Shown: one piece after another, positions 12,274 to 25,781 of the stretch | Position numbering within the stretch: the stretch's first letter is position 1 | Layout: every line of letters starts with the position of its first letter | DNA from: Leucoraja ocellata | Taxonomy: Eukaryota | Direction of reading: 5' to 3' | Assembly: GCA_036785375.1 (NCBI GenBank) | Contig: JAWMAR010000032.1 | Location: 10,230,001-10,294,000, forward strand | Length of the DNA: 64,000 nucleotides | Notes under the pieces: model-generated | What the model was told of the DNA's origin: nothing | What the model saw: only the letters and a program-made list of their open reading frames with translations | Databases searched by the model: none | Program-made: the position numbers and the translations under genes

Positions 12274-12497
12274 CTGCCTTCCTCCATTCCAAGACAGATC
12301 GTTGGGCTCTCAGTGGCTTTTGAAGTTGCAGCTTCGGAGTCGGGAAAGACTTTGGCATTTTTGGGTCTGTCTTCACATGGCACATATGCCATGGCCAGTA
12401 TACGAGACTCAACGTTGAAGCATTCGATGACTTTCGGATTGGAGTTGTGAAGTGCGACGATGGTGATCTGCCCCATTTGATTTGTGCAGCTTCCAAT
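12274..12497 (-). CDS. ARHGEF10: ARHGEF10 coding exon (beta-propeller region), last exon found in window
   Basis: gagcag|ATTGGA...GGCAG|gtgaga; 224 nt; IGSCTNQMGQITIVALHNSNPKVIECFNVESRILAMAYVPCEDRPKNAKVFPDSEAATSKATESPTICLGMEEG; I could not find the next exon in 1-12273. Confidence 0.95.
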
Positions 12498-15400
12498 CTG
12501 CTCAATGAAACAAGGGAGTTGGATACCTAGAAATGTGGTTACTTTCACAATCTATCGTAAATATTTTTTTACCTGTAATGTCCATACATTTCTCCTACTA
12601 TCCTGCTCCCTTTCCCCTCCCCTCCAACAACTAATTGCCCTCTTCCACCCACATCCTTCCCTCTGGCTTTACATTTCACTCCTCTCACATTTCACTGTCT
12701 TATCAAAAATAAACCAAAATCAATGCAACTAAAACTCAATATATGTTCCGTTCAGAATGTAAGATGGAGAGAAGGTAGATTTACTCATTCCATAGAAAAC
12801 TCAGCAGTCTCTGAACCATGCTGTCTGCTATTCAAGTGCATCTTGAAATATCTGAAGAAGAGACTCGACCCGAAACGTTAGCCATTCCTTCTCTCCAGAG
12901 ATGCTGCCTGTCCCGCTGAGTTACTCCAGCATTTTGTGTCTAACCTGAAATACTGAGTTGCCTGATATTCAGATGCATTTTTAATTACTCAACAAAATTA
13001 AGTTTTAAATATTGCTGTTTTTATAAACTAGTCTCATTAGTTAAATGGAATTGCCAAAATCCTAGTTACATTTTCAGTAAAAAACTTTAATGTATTTATA
13101 ATTAAGTGTCTGTAGAAACTATTGATTTTTTTTTTTTTTTACCAATAAAATATTTTGTCTTCCTGCATGCATGTGCAATGTAAGGCAAAATATTATCAAT
13201 TATCTGTGAAAATCTGAGGTTTTCTTAAATAAAAACTATACATAAATTGATATTTTTGCACTATAATTGGGAAGAGCCTTTGTGATTGTCATGCAGGTCA
13301 ATATTTTGCAAAGTTTGCTAAAGATTCAAAATCTGCCGGGCAAAATTGTAATGAAGCAATGGGCGAATTCAATGAGTTAATTTGAGGACTGACTTAGTAC
13401 TTTCCTACAAAGTGATTGTGGGGAGGGGGAGTGGAGGGAGAAAGAGGGTATAATCAAAACAAAATACATCAGATGATGAAGTTATGGGGTAGAATGAGAA
13501 GGTTGGTGACATATTGGACCAGATAATAATGAACGGAGGTGCAAGCTGACACCATTAATATGAATGCAATTTGGTCCAGATGAGATGCAGCCAAGACCAC
13601 AGAAGGAAGTGTGTTGGTAGTTTGTAGAAGTTGTGCCAGAGTCTTCAAACCATCCTTAGATGTTAGGTTAGTACAGAGGATGCGTAATATTACACTGTTC
13701 AAAGAAAAATGAAAGCTTTTCGGTTACAGACTTTAGTGATACAGCACGGAAACAGGCCCTTCGGCTCACCAAGGCCATGCCGACTAGCAATCACCCCGTA
13801 CACTAGCACTATCCTACACACTACGGACCATTTACAATTTTACCGAAGCCAATTGACCTACAAACCTGTATGTCTGGAGCATACAGAGAAATCCCACGCA
13901 GTCACAGAGAGAATATACAAACTCTGTACACACTGGCGCTGTGAGGGAGCAGCTCTACCGCTGCCACACTGTGCGGAAACTTGCTTGCATTATGTTCAGC
14001 ATCTACTATGAAGGTGAGAGACTGCATATCCGCACTTGTCACTTGACCAGTCACTTGAGTGTCATATGTCTCGTAAATAGGTCCTTTGGCCCATCATGTC
14101 TGTGCTGTCCTTCAAGTTCCCATGTACGTGAATCCCACTTATATTCTTCATACATTCCCATCACCTCCCTTCAGGTTCTACCCCATCATCAGGGGCAATA
14201 TACAGAGGCCAATTAACCTTCCAATGCGCACATCTTTGGATTGTGGGAGGAAACCGGAGCGTCTAGGGGAAACCCACGCAGTCACAGGGAGAACATTCGA
14301 AGTCCACATAGACAGCACCAGAGGTCAGGACTGAACCTGGGTCACTGCAGCTGTGAGGCAGTGACTCTACTAGCCCTACCACTGTGCTGCTATGATGGTG
14401 AAGAAGGCATTAGGAAGAAAAATCTAGGATAAATATACTGGGCATTTTGACAGGTATACTTTTAGACTTTACTTTTTAGACTTCAGTGAATTGGCGTGGA
14501 AATAAGCCCTTCAGCCCACTGAATCTGTGCCAGCCAGCGATCATCCACTAGCTTGATCCTACTCACTAGGGACAATGTACAGAAGCCAATTAAACTACAA
14601 ACCTGTATGTCTTTGGAGTGTGGGAGCAAACCGGAGCACCTGGAGAGAACGGACACAGGGAGAACGTATAAACTCTGTACAGACAGTACCCATTGTTAGG
14701 ATCGAACCAGGGTCTCTAATGCTGAAAGACAGCAACTCTACCACTGCGTCACTGTGCTGCTCTCAATGACAATACACTCAAGGACAAATTGTATTTGATA
14801 AACTTGAAGGAGATTTTCTTTTCAATGAAGTTACAGAGAGGGTGGATTAAAGCAGGCAGATGTTGGCAAAATGCATTTGATATATTTCCACACTTTAAGC
14901 CTGTTAGTAAGATCGAAGCCCATAGAAATAAGAGCAGCTTGGACACAATACTACCTTAAGGATGGAAGAGAGAGCTGTAATAACCAGAGTGGAACCATCA
15001 GGATAACCACCAGGCAAGAGGTACAGAAGTATGAAAATGCACACCTCCAGATTCAGGGACAGTTCCTTCTCAGCTGTTAACAGGCAACTGAATCATCCTC
15101 TCGCCAACTAGAGTGGACCTGAGCTACCATCTAACTTATTGGATGTTACTGGACTTTATCCTGCACTATACGTTATTCCCTTTATCCTGTAACTGTACAC
15201 TGTGGATGGCTCGATTGTAATTATATATAGTATTTCCGCTGACTGGTTAGCACACAACAAAAGCGCTTTTCACTGTACCTCGGTACACGTGACTGTAAAC
15301 AAAACTTAAAAAAGAACATACGGCGGGATCTCCACTCAACCTTCCCAGAATATACAACCAGACCACCGACTACGATTTCAGATATCTATAATATTAATTA

Positions 15401-16459
15401 GGAATCTACAGACGTGACAAAACCTGGAAGAGTGATCAACAATGCGTGTGATTGCAACAGACCTCACAAAGCAGATGCACTCAGTGCAGAGATTTGTACA
15501 GAGACAGATGATGATAAGGAGGTGAAGAGAATCAGTACCTGTTGTATCGCCAAGTTTCAGAGCAGGGACAGAAAAAGAGAAATCTTTCAGGACAGGTTTA
15601 ACAAAACAATTCAAAAAACATATGAGATCGTGAGGTTTTTTAAGCAGAGAGTTAAAGAAAAACAAATGCCTGTTAGTAATGTAACCCATTAGCTTAGTAT
15701 GATCATGCCTAATGTATAGCAGGATTGCCATTGAACTGTATGCATAAGAAGAATTAAGAAAATCATATTAGGTACCCGTGACAATAAAGTACCATTGAAC
15801 CATGGAGCTCGGCACCAGCTGATGGCACGAGTCCAGTCTGGAGACTAACCTTTAAGAGAGGTGTGAAGGCTTTGGAGTGAGTAGGCAAAATTACTCTGAC
15901 AGTGGAAGAGGCCCAGGACAGGGAGATGCTGGGGACCCACTGATTTACTCCAGCATTTTGTGTCTATCTGTGATTTACAGGATGTGGAATCACAGGCACG
16001 TGGCTGTCAAGACAAAGTAGATCTGTTCTCTGTGGAGCCAAGACCTGGAGATTTCACTGAGGTGTTTAAATTTACTAAAATAACTCAGCGGGTGAGGCAG
16101 CAGCCATGTAGAGAATGGAGAGGCAAGGTTTCAGGTTGGAACCCTTTTTCTTCTTCTTTGAGTCTGAAGAAGGGTCCTGATCCAAAATGCTTCCACAGTC
16201 TATTCCTTCCACGGATATTGCCTGACCTACTGGGTTATTTTAATAATTTTGAACACATCAGTCTTAAACACATCTGTACTTTGTTTTCTGCTCAATTCTG
16301 GAATCTGCAGTTTCTTGTGTCTTCAGTTTAAAATTACTTATGGCTTACAGAGAGAAATTGCTTCAATAACCAGAAGGAACAGATTTAAAGTGACAAGGTG
16401 ATGCAAGAAAACATTTTAGGCAGACTTTGGAATGGGGTCTTGATTGGTACAATTGAACT

Positions 16460-16775
16460 GTTTAGTTTAGTTTAATTTGGAGATATGGCTCGGAAACAGG
16501 CCCTTCAGCCCACTGAGTCCTCGCTGACCAGTTATCCCCGCACACTAACACTATCCTACACACACTAGGGACAATTTACTATTATACCAAGCCAATTAAC
16601 CTACAAACCTGTACGTCTTTGGAGTGTGCGAGGAAACTGGAGCGCCAGGAGAAAACCCACGTAAGTCACGGGGAGAACGTACAAACTCCGTACAGACAAC
16701 ACCCATAGTCAAGATTGAACCCGGGTCTCTGGCACTGTAAGGCAGCAACTCTACCTCTGCGCTACCATGCCACCT
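16460..16775 (-). mobile_element. tRNA-derived V-SINE (HE1-like), full length; other minus copies at ~13730, 14075, 14460, 18110, 23625, 25125, 27670, 34610, 37040, 39845, 43710, 45535, 54962, 62820
   Basis: Reverse complement of the SINE consensus with A/B boxes, V-domain and AAACT tail. Confidence 0.9.
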
Positions 16776-16909
16776 GTGTAAGCTCTTGTGAGTACACACA
16801 GGAAACATTGCATGAAACTTCCACACCAAACCTTATCCTCAGGAGAATGAGGATATGTTATATTTCGACATGACTTTAAATAATTCTCACCTATCCGCAG
16901 CAGACTTAC

Positions 16910-16993
16910 CCATAAATACCCATGTTCCATGGAGAATGAGTTTGGCGCATCAGATGCATTACAGCATTCCGGGTTATGAACAGCACATTCAAC
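16910..16993 (-). CDS. ARHGEF10: ARHGEF10 coding exon
   Basis: atccag|GTTGAA...TTATGG|gtaagt; 84 nt; VECAVHNPECCNASDAPNSFSMEHGYLW. Confidence 0.92.
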
Positions 16994-18673
16994 CTGGATA
17001 ATAAAATGCCAGCTTTAAAATATATAGAACATAGAACAGTACAACATAGGAACAGGTCTTTCAGTTTGCAATGTCCATGTCAAACATGATGCCAAGTTAA
17101 ACTAATCTCTACTGCCTGCACGTGATCCATATCCTTCGATTCACTGCATGTCCATGTGCCTATCCAAAAGCCGCTTAAACACCATTGGCGTATCTGCAAA
17201 CATATTTATGTTTGACATTGCTTGAAGCCACCAAGCTTTGCGGTTAATGTCAGAAATCTGATTAAACTGACTGGTCAATCCTGTCTTTATTGTACGTCTG
17301 TATATTTTACAGCAACGTGCCAATGTGGTGCAAGTGGAAGCTCCAACATTATTTTACCTTTGGACTTGTATGATGAGTCCCTTAGTCCTTAAATGTCTCC
17401 ATGTGCCCTGTTGTGCTAAGACATGTACAACCACATCCGACATGTCTGCAGTGCCCAAAATAGTGTGTAAGTAAAAGGATGGCCAAATGCGTGATAAGTT
17501 CATTGGTAATATGAGCAGAATATGCCATTCGACCCATCGAGTCAATCATGGTTGATCTATCTTCCCTCTCAACCCCATTCTCCTGCCTTCTCCCCATAAA
17601 GTTTGATGACCTTACTAATTAAGAACCTGTCAACGTCTGCTTTAAAAATACCCAAAGATTGGCCTCCACAGCCATCAGTGGCAATGAATTCCACATATTG
17701 TGAGGATGCTGCTTGTGACATCTAGAGCCTGTCCCGCCAGACATAACATCAGGATGACATGAAACATTAATCTGTTTCGCTCTCCACAGATGCCGCCTGA
17801 CCGGTTGAATACTTCCAGCACTTTTATTTTTACTAAAGAATTTCCTGAACAGAGAACAGTACAGCACAGGAATAGGCCCATCAGCCCACAATGTTTGTGC
17901 TGAACATGAGACGCAAATGAACTAATCTCCTCTGTCTGCATGTGATCCATATCCCTTCATATCTATGTGCCTATCCAAAAGCGTCTTAAATGTCACAACT
18001 AGGCCCAAGCTGTGTTACACAATTTGCTCCATCGTTTGTACAAATCTATTGAAAGATGAAGGTTGCTTGTTAACATGCGCCACAACATATAATTTATGGG
18101 TTCTTTTCAACGACCACCCGTACACTATTTCAATCCTACACACTGGGACAATTTATAGAAGCCAATTAACCAACAAACCTGCACGTCTTTGGAGCGTAGG
18201 AGGAAACCGAAGCACCTGGAGAAAACCAGGGGGAACATACAAACTCCGTACGGGCAGCACCAATAGTCAGGATTGAAGCTGGATCTCTGCCGCTGTAAGG
18301 CAGCTGTAAGGCAGCAACTCTACCGTTGCGCCACTGTGCCACCCCAGTTACACCAGCATTTTGTGTCTATCTTTGGTAGCAATCAGCATCTGCAGTGCTC
18401 TCCTACTTATTTATAAATGGTTATGATTAGTATTTGTACATCTGCAAGAGATGATGGTGCAGCTTTGTTGTCGTCCTGCTTGGAGAGGGGAATGTTTCAT
18501 CTGCAGTTGCTTTTCCTGCTGTGGCTGACTAGGCCTATCCTTGGAAGGCAGGCCTTCCCCCAGGTGAAGTTGTCTCTGGCCATTGGATTGGGGAGCATTG
18601 ATTTATGAATAATGTTTATAGATAAATAGGTCGCAAGTCCGATAAACATAAAACTTGAACTTTAACAGCTCAC

Positions 18674-18795
18674 CTTGAACTCCTGAAGCTTTGACATGGT
18701 GACAGGCATGTATCTGACAAGAAGGGGGCGTTTCTGGTGCTTTATTTCTTTCCCGTCATCCTCGGCACAGTACCAGCCCAGCTGGTTTTCCTCAG
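18674..18795 (-). CDS. ARHGEF10: ARHGEF10 coding exon
   Basis: aaatag|CTGAGG...TTCAAG|gtgagc; 122 nt; (A)EENQLGWYCAEDDGKEIKHQKRPLLVRYMPVTMSKLQEFK. Confidence 0.94.
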
Positions 18796-19863
18796 CTATT
18801 TCAGGGGCAGAGAAAGGGACAGAGTGGAACGGAAAGGTTGCTGTTGGTAATTTTCCATATTCTGACATCTATTTGCAACTGAACATCATCAAAGGTCAGC
18901 GTTAAGTGCAGGCACAAGAGACTGCAGGCGCTGTAATCTTGTGCAAAACACAAAGAGTTGGAGGAACACAGCAGGTTAGGCAGCATCTGGAGAGGGAATG
19001 TACAGGTGATTTTTTGGATTGGGACCTGTCTTCAGACTGGTCGGCTAGGTTGGTCTGAAGATGGGACCTAACTCAAACCATCAACTGCCCAATCCCTCCA
19101 CTAATGTTGTCCGACCTGCTGAGTTCCTCCAGGACTTTGCATTTTACTCAAAGGACAATGTTACATTACAAATTTGATAATTAAAAGAAGTAAAGGTTTA
19201 CCTAAATACTTTAAGCCTTTACATGTTTTGCATGAGGTCTTAGAATTATTCAGCATGGAAACGGGCCATTCGGCCCAACTGCCAGCAAAGAGGCCACATT
19301 GCATGTGTTGGCATTTTCCCTTCCAAACCTTGCCTATCTATGTATCTGTCCAAATGTTTTAAAATTATTGTTATTGTACCTACCTCAACTACATCCTCGG
19401 GCAACTTGTTCCCTATATACCCACCACCTGTGTGAAAGAGTTACTGCACAGGTTCCTATTAAAACTTGCTCCTCTCACCTTAAACCCATGCCCTCTATTT
19501 CTTAATTCCCCAGCTCTGGGGAAAAAAGACTTAGCGTTTGCCTAGTCAGCCTCCTGCGCTCCAATGAATAAAATCATAGTCTGCCAAACTTCTCCCGATA
19601 GCTCAGGCCCATGAGTCCTGGCAACATCTTTGTAAATCAGCTCTGCATTCTTTCACCTTAAAGGCATCTCTCCTACAGCAGGCTGACCAAATTTGAACAC
19701 AATGCTCCAAGTGTGGCCTCATCAACATCTTATACAACTGTAATATAAAATATGGACATGGTTTTAAGACGAGAGGTGACATTTCTAAAGGAGCTCTGAG
19801 ATGCAGGATTTTACACAGAGGGTAAATGGAATGAGCTGCCAAAAGAGATTGTTGAAGCACATA

Positions 19864-21107
19864 CAGTGCCCTCCATAATGTTTGGGATAAAGACCCATCA
19901 TTTATTTATTTGCCTCTGTACCCCACAATTTGAGATTTATAATAGAAAAAAATCACATGTGGTTAAAGTGCACATTGTCAGATTATAATAAAGGCCATTT
20001 TTATACATTTTTGTTTCACTATGTAGAAATTACAGCAGTGTTTATACATAGTCCCCCCATTTCAGGGCACCATAATGTTTGGGACACAACAATGAGTCTT
20101 TGGAATTCTCTTTCTCAGTGGAAGATTATATTTCAGGCAGTGGTAGAATTCTGGATAAGCCGAGTGGTGAAATGTTACCAGTGGGTGGTGGGATTGCAGT
20201 TACATTGGGATTGGCCTTGATTTTACAGAATGGTGGATGGACTGAAGGGGCTGAGAGAGAGAGGGGTGGAGAAAGAGGGAGGGGTGGACAGAGGGAGAGA
20301 GGAAGGAGGGGAGAGAGGGAGGGAGAAGGAGAGAGGGAGAAGGAGAGAGGGAGAAAGAGAGAGGGAGAAGGAGAGTGGGAGAAGGAGAGTGGGAGAGAGA
20401 GGGGGAGCGAGATGGAGGGAGGGAGAGAGGGAGGGGGAAGGGAGAGAGGGAGGGAGGGAGGGAAAGGGAGGGAGGAAGAGAAAGAGGGAGGGGGAGGGGG
20501 AGGGATAGAGGGAGGGAGAGAGGGAGAATGAGAAGGGGAGGGACAGAGAAGGAGAGAGAAAGGGAGGGAAAGGGAAGGGAGGGGGAGAGAGAGAGGGAGG
20601 GAGGGAGAATGAGCAGAGACTGAGCCACATGAGAGCAGGTTGAGAAAACGAAGACAACGAAAGCTGTTGGAGGCAATGAAAGCTGCCTTGCATAACACTG
20701 TACAAGTGAGTAACAGAAGCAGGCAGATATGGTGTAGTTACATAAATCTGTTTTGCCTAGTTCTTCTTTGTGTTGTTAACGTGTGCCCGCGAAAAAAACC
20801 CAACAACAAATGGCACACAGGAAGCATTTTTGAAAATTTCAGGAAATTCCAGGAAATTTGGCATTCTGTTTAAAGAAATTTCTTTTGGAGGTGTGGAAGC
20901 ACTGGTGAGGCAGCATCTATGGAGAGAAGGAATTGGCGACGTTTCGGGTCGAGATGAAACATTGCCAATTCCTTCTCTCCATAGATGTTGCCTCACCCGC
21001 TGAGTTACTCCAACATTTTTTGTCTACCTTCGATTTACAAGCATCTGCAGTTCTTTCTTAAACAAATAAATGATGGGCCTTTGGCCCAAACACTATGGAG
21101 GGCTCTG
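19864..21107. mobile_element. Non-autonomous Tc1-like element carrying non-transposase cargo
   Basis: TA|CAGTGCCCTCCATAATGTTTGGG...CCCAAACACTATGGAGGGCTCTG|TA; long left IR with inner DR (~20063-20087), ~47-bp right IR; flanks rejoin into one CR1 3' remnant. Confidence 0.85.
20252..20612. repeat. GA-rich polypurine low-complexity tract
   Basis: ~360 bp almost entirely G/A (GGGAGA/GGGAGG units); source of the S/P/L-rich and G/E/R-rich pseudo-ORFs. Confidence 0.95.
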
Positions 21108-21210
21108 TACAATCACAGCATTGAGAAAGCATTTGGACTTTAATGTTTGGTGCATTTAGTGTTTGTACATCTTGTCGTCCTAGGTTAATGGGAACTAATT
21201 TAATTATTAA

Positions 21211-21406
21211 TGCAAGAAAGACACATAATACTGAGGTAACAAAGGGTCAAACAGCATCTCTGGAGAATGCGGATGGGTGACGTTTCTTGTCGGAACCCAA
21301 ACATCACCTGCTCTGTCTCTAGAGATGCTGCTTGACACTCTGAGTTACTCCAGCATTTTGTGCCTATTTTCGATATAAACCAGCACCTGCGGATCCTTCC
21401 TACACA
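21211..21406. mobile_element. Palindromic Penelope-pLTR-derived element about 40 bp from an ARHGEF10 donor site
   Basis: Inverted arms; TSD TAATTATTAA at 21201-21210 and 21407-21416. Confidence 0.8.
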
Positions 21407-21444
21407 TAATTATTAAGGCATATCTTTGGATTGCGAGCGCTTAC

Positions 21445-21545
21445 CAAGGGCCAGTTTGGCCATCTGTAAACTACTCATCCAGGAGAGTTTATTTGCTGGA
21501 GTGAAAGTATTGAAAACTGCAGTGAAGAAAGAAGGATTCCCATAC
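21445..21545 (-). CDS. ARHGEF10: ARHGEF10 coding exon
   Basis: ttgcag|GTATGG...CTTG|gtaagc; 101 nt; YGNPSFFTAVFNTFTPANKLSWMSSLQMAKLAL. Confidence 0.95.
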
Positions 21546-24085
21546 CTGCAAAACAATATTTGACCAATATAAAACTGTGGACCAGTCAACTCCATCACAA
21601 GAAAAGTGACAAGATTAGTAGACAGAAAATCATGGCCATTTAACATAGCAGTATTGACATCAATAAGCACTGAGACATGCATCTACATATGATGTCCATT
21701 TGGTTAGGCTCTTCACAATTGAAGTGGTATTGCTCTTTAAAAACTGTGCTAAATATTGCTCTTGCAAGCTAGGGAGTTTTTTTGTTTTTTTTGGCGACAT
21801 GAACACATACGTTCCCAATGTCTTTCTTATCAGAAGATGTCTGTCCATTCCCCTTTAAATGATCAGTGGGAGCTGCCACGCCGAACATGCATGATTTAGC
21901 TGGCAAATGCTTCCAAACACTTGGCTTCCACGGGTGGCCATGTTGGCGAATTTTTATTAAGGAGGCCAAATGTTCGGAGTGAAGACTTAATAAACAAATG
22001 TCGGACTTTGAAATGAGATAACATTCAAGTCCTTTAAGAGTTATTAATTCTTTGGCCCACATCTCTTCACAAAACGGTTTATGTTGTTGCAAATTTTGCC
22101 AGAGCATTTTCATTCTCATGCAGCATAACAGGAATATGAAATGATGTTCAAAATAAACGTACATCGCCTTTGAGGAATTTAAACCTTCACTGGATTTGTG
22201 CCCCAGAGCTCCCAATCGATGTTGTTGGATTTCCTCACTTACAATTGAAACAGAAAGTAAACTTCACATATATCAGAGTCATTGAGTTGTACAGCATGGA
22301 AACAGGCCCTTCGGCCCCACTTGTCCATGCCCACTGAGGTGTCTACAGTATCCATACCCATCCTATTTTCCTCACTTAGCCCATATCCTTCTTATTCCTT
22401 TCTATCCATGTACCGTCAGAATGTTTATTCCTACTACCTTCTCTGGCAGCTTGTTCCATATACCCTCTACCCTCTGTGTGAAAAAATTCTTGCCACTCAG
22501 ATTTCCTTTGAATCTTTCCCCTCTCACCTTAATCCTATGTCCTCTAGTTTTAGCCTCTTCTACCCTTGGAACAAGACGGTGGCTATCCACATAACGTTAC
22601 CACTTATAATTTTCTAAACCTCTAACCGGTCACCCCTCAACCTCCTGTGCTCCATTGGGAACAATGCCAGCCTATCCAATCGCTCCTTGTACCTACATCC
22701 CGCCATTCTAGGCAACATCTCCTCCAGGGCTACAACATCCTTCCTGTAGTGTGGTGACCAAAACTGCACACAATGTTCCATCTGTGGCCTAACCAATGTC
22801 TTGTACAGCAGCAGTATGATGGCCCAACTAATATACTCAATACTCTTGCCCACAAGCAAGCCAAAGACCTTCTTCACAACTCTGTCCTTTTCTGTTGCCA
22901 TTTTCAGGGAGCTATGAACTTACACCCTACAGGTTCTTCTATACATCATTTTTTCCAAGATCCAGGCAGTTTATTGTGTATGTCTTGCTAGTATTAGACA
23001 ACCCTATACTTTTTCTCTAGAGATGCTGCCTGACCCGCTGGTTTACTCCAGGACTTTGTGTCTATCTTTGGTAATAAACCGGCATCTCCAGTTCCTTTCT
23101 ATTACATCTAATGCATTACATCACACTGCCTGGATGAAACTCCATTTGCCGCTGCTCTGCCCAGCCTTCCAGCCAACCCACTATGTCCCTCTGTATTTTG
23201 AGGCAAGCATCTTCCTTATCTACAACTCCACCAATCTTCATGTCATCAGCAAATGTATTTATCAGACTAAAGACATTTTAATCCATGTGGGGGGTTTATA
23301 TGTATGACAAGCAACAATGGTCTCAGGCCTCAATCCCTGTGGTACACCACTTTGAAGAAGGGTTTCGACCCAAAACATGACCTATTCCTTTTCTCCCGAG
23401 ATGGTGCCTGACCCGTTGAGTAACTCTCGCATTTTGCATCTCTCTTCAGTGTAAACCAGAGACTGCAGTTCCTTCCTAGATCATGTAGTACACCAGTGGA
23501 TACAGACCCAGTCAGAAAAACAACCCTCTACCCCTACCCTCTGCTTCTTATCACCAAGCCAACTTTGGATCCAGTTTGCATACACACCTTGATCTCAAGT
23601 GCCTAAACTTTGTAGACTAACCTATCTAGACTTCAGAGATAAATTGTGAAAACCAGGCTCTTTGGCTCACCAAGTCCACGGCAACCAGCGATCACCTTTT
23701 ATATTAGCACTATCCTAAACACTAGGGAAAATTTACAGAAGCTAATGAACCTATAAACCAGCACGTCTTTGGGATTTGGGAGGAAACTGGAGCACCCGGA
23801 GAAAACCCACGTGGTCACAGTGAGAACGTAAATCTCCGCACAGGCATCACCCGTGGTCAGGATCGAATCTGGGGCTGTAAGGCAGCAACTCTACCGCTGC
23901 ACCACTGTGCCAGTCTTTGTTAAAAGACTTCTAAGGTCAATGTACACTATGACTTTCACCCTGTCTTCATTAATTGTCTTAGTATCCTCACCAAAAAGCT
24001 CAATCAGATTTGCAGGATTTCCCATTCACAAAACCATGTTGCATCCCCCTAATCAGTTCCTGCCTTTCCAAGAGATCATAAATCA

Positions 24086-24380
24086 AGGGCGGCACAGTAG
24101 TGTAGTGGTAGAGTCACTGTCTAATAGCGCCAGAGACCTGGGTTCAGTCCTGACTACGTGTGTTGACTGTACAGTGCTTTTACGTTCTCTCTGTAACCAC
24201 CTGGGTTTCCTCCAGGTTCTCCGGTTTCCTCCCGCATTCCAAAGATGTACAGGTTCGCAGGTTAATTGGTTTAATTTTTCTCTAGTATGTAAGATAAACC
24301 TAGTGTATGCAGGATCGATGGTCGACATGTACTCAGTGGCTCAAACAGCCTGATTAAAATCTTTATCGCTAAACTAAAAT
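24086..24380 (+). mobile_element. V-SINE (HE1-like); other plus copies at ~31485, 36577, 46903, 48846, 57252, 58584, 59777
   Basis: GGGCGGCACAG 5' start, A/B boxes, V-domain, tail. Confidence 0.87.
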
Positions 24381-24909
24381 GAAATCCTATCACCATAAGA
24401 ATGTTTTCCTATAGTTTCCCTAAATCTGACATAAGGCTCGCAGGCCTGTGGTTTTCTGGCTTATCCTCACTGCACTTCTTGAATATGGGAGCAACATTAG
24501 CTACCCTTCAGTCTTCTGATGCCTCACCAATGGCTAAAGACAGTGCAAAAATCTCTGTCAGAGCCTCAGCAATCTCCTCTATTGCTTTCCATAACATCCC
24601 TGGATAGATTTCATCAGGCCTAGGGATTTGACCACCTTAATATGCATTAATAACACTTCCTCTTTGCAGATGCAAACATGTTCCAGACCAGTAGCATACC
24701 CTTCCGCTTATTCTTCATCCTTCTCCTTTGGTGAATACAATGTGAAATATTTATTCAGAACACCACACATATCCTGACTCCACACAAAACCTTCACCTTT
24801 GATCCCAGAGGGGATCAACTCTTCCTCTAGCTTCCCTCTTGCTTCCAATCTATTTATAGGAGGTTTTGCAATATCTCTTCGATTCTGTTGGCCAGGGTCA
24901 TTTCAAAGT

Positions 24910-25033
24910 CTGTAGGAAAGAACTACAGATGCTGGTTTAAGTCGAAGATAAACACAAAATGCTGGAGTAACTCAGCGGAACAGGCAGCATCTCTGGAGAT
25001 GTTGCCTGTCCCACTGAGATACTCCAGCATTTT
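24910..25033. mobile_element. Short palindromic Penelope-pLTR-derived element
   Basis: Inverted arms around CATCTCTGGAGATG; TSD GTCATTTCAAAGT at 24897-24909 and 25034-25046. Confidence 0.85.
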
Positions 25034-25781
25034 GTCATTTCAAAGTTCCCCATTTGGCCTTCCTCACTGTTTTCTGTAGATTTCGCTATATCCTCCATAA
25101 ACCTCAAAGGAGTCACTTGATTTTTTTAGTTTATTTTAGAGATATATTGTGGAACTAAGCCCTTTGGCTCACCGAACCCGCGACCACCACAAATCCCAAT
25201 ACACTAGCACTATCCTACACACAAGGGACAATTTACAATTTTTGCCGAAGTCAATTAACCTACAAATTTAGTCTTTGGAGTGTGGGAGGAAACCGGAGAT
25301 CCCAGAGAAAACCCACATGGTCATGGGGAGAACGTGCAAACTCCGCACAGACAGCACCCATAGTCAGGATCAAACCCATGTCTCTGGCACTGTAAGGCAG
25401 CAGCTCTACCACTGCGCAACCCGATGACCACAAAGAACACAGAGTGAATGTAGTTTACGGAATAGGTTGATATCCAAAAGTAACAATATTAACAACACTG
25501 TCTAACACTTACAGAAAGCAAACACCAAATATCAGCTTCAGCCTTACCCAAACAAAAGTGCATTTGAAACAGTATGACTGTCAAAGGTTGTCAACGAACA
25601 ATAAGTAAATATGCATCAAAAAGGACATTTTGGAAAAGTGTGTAAGTTATGGTCCAATCTTTAAAGAATTTATGATCCATTGGCAAGGTTGCAATTTCAA
25701 CAGGTACACATGAAATGTAAGGCAATTCCAATATGCCTTTGTGATCCCCACAAGAAACGTTAAATAGGTACAAATACCAAC

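Larger units (their letters stand above)
22275..25120 (-). mobile_element. Old CR1/HER1-like LINE broken by several SINE and palindromic-element insertions
   Basis: Colinear pieces: 3' end (22275-22620), LYKTLVRPQMEHCVQFWSP (22614-22901), RT pieces 23130-24080, and DKPENHRPASL (an NYRPVSL homologue) at ~24430-24470. Confidence 0.82.

Noticed and set aside
15320-15720. Possible second Penelope-type terminus (LNLPRIYN) or 92-117-aa ORFs
   Set aside because: The match is too short, with no ribozyme core or TSD that I could verify.
20079-20705. Overlapping 150-190-aa ORFs on both strands
   Set aside because: Low-complexity translations of the GA tract.
21769-22215. 148-aa minus-strand ORF
   Set aside because: No recognisable domain, non-ATG start, and the flanking exons join in frame without it.
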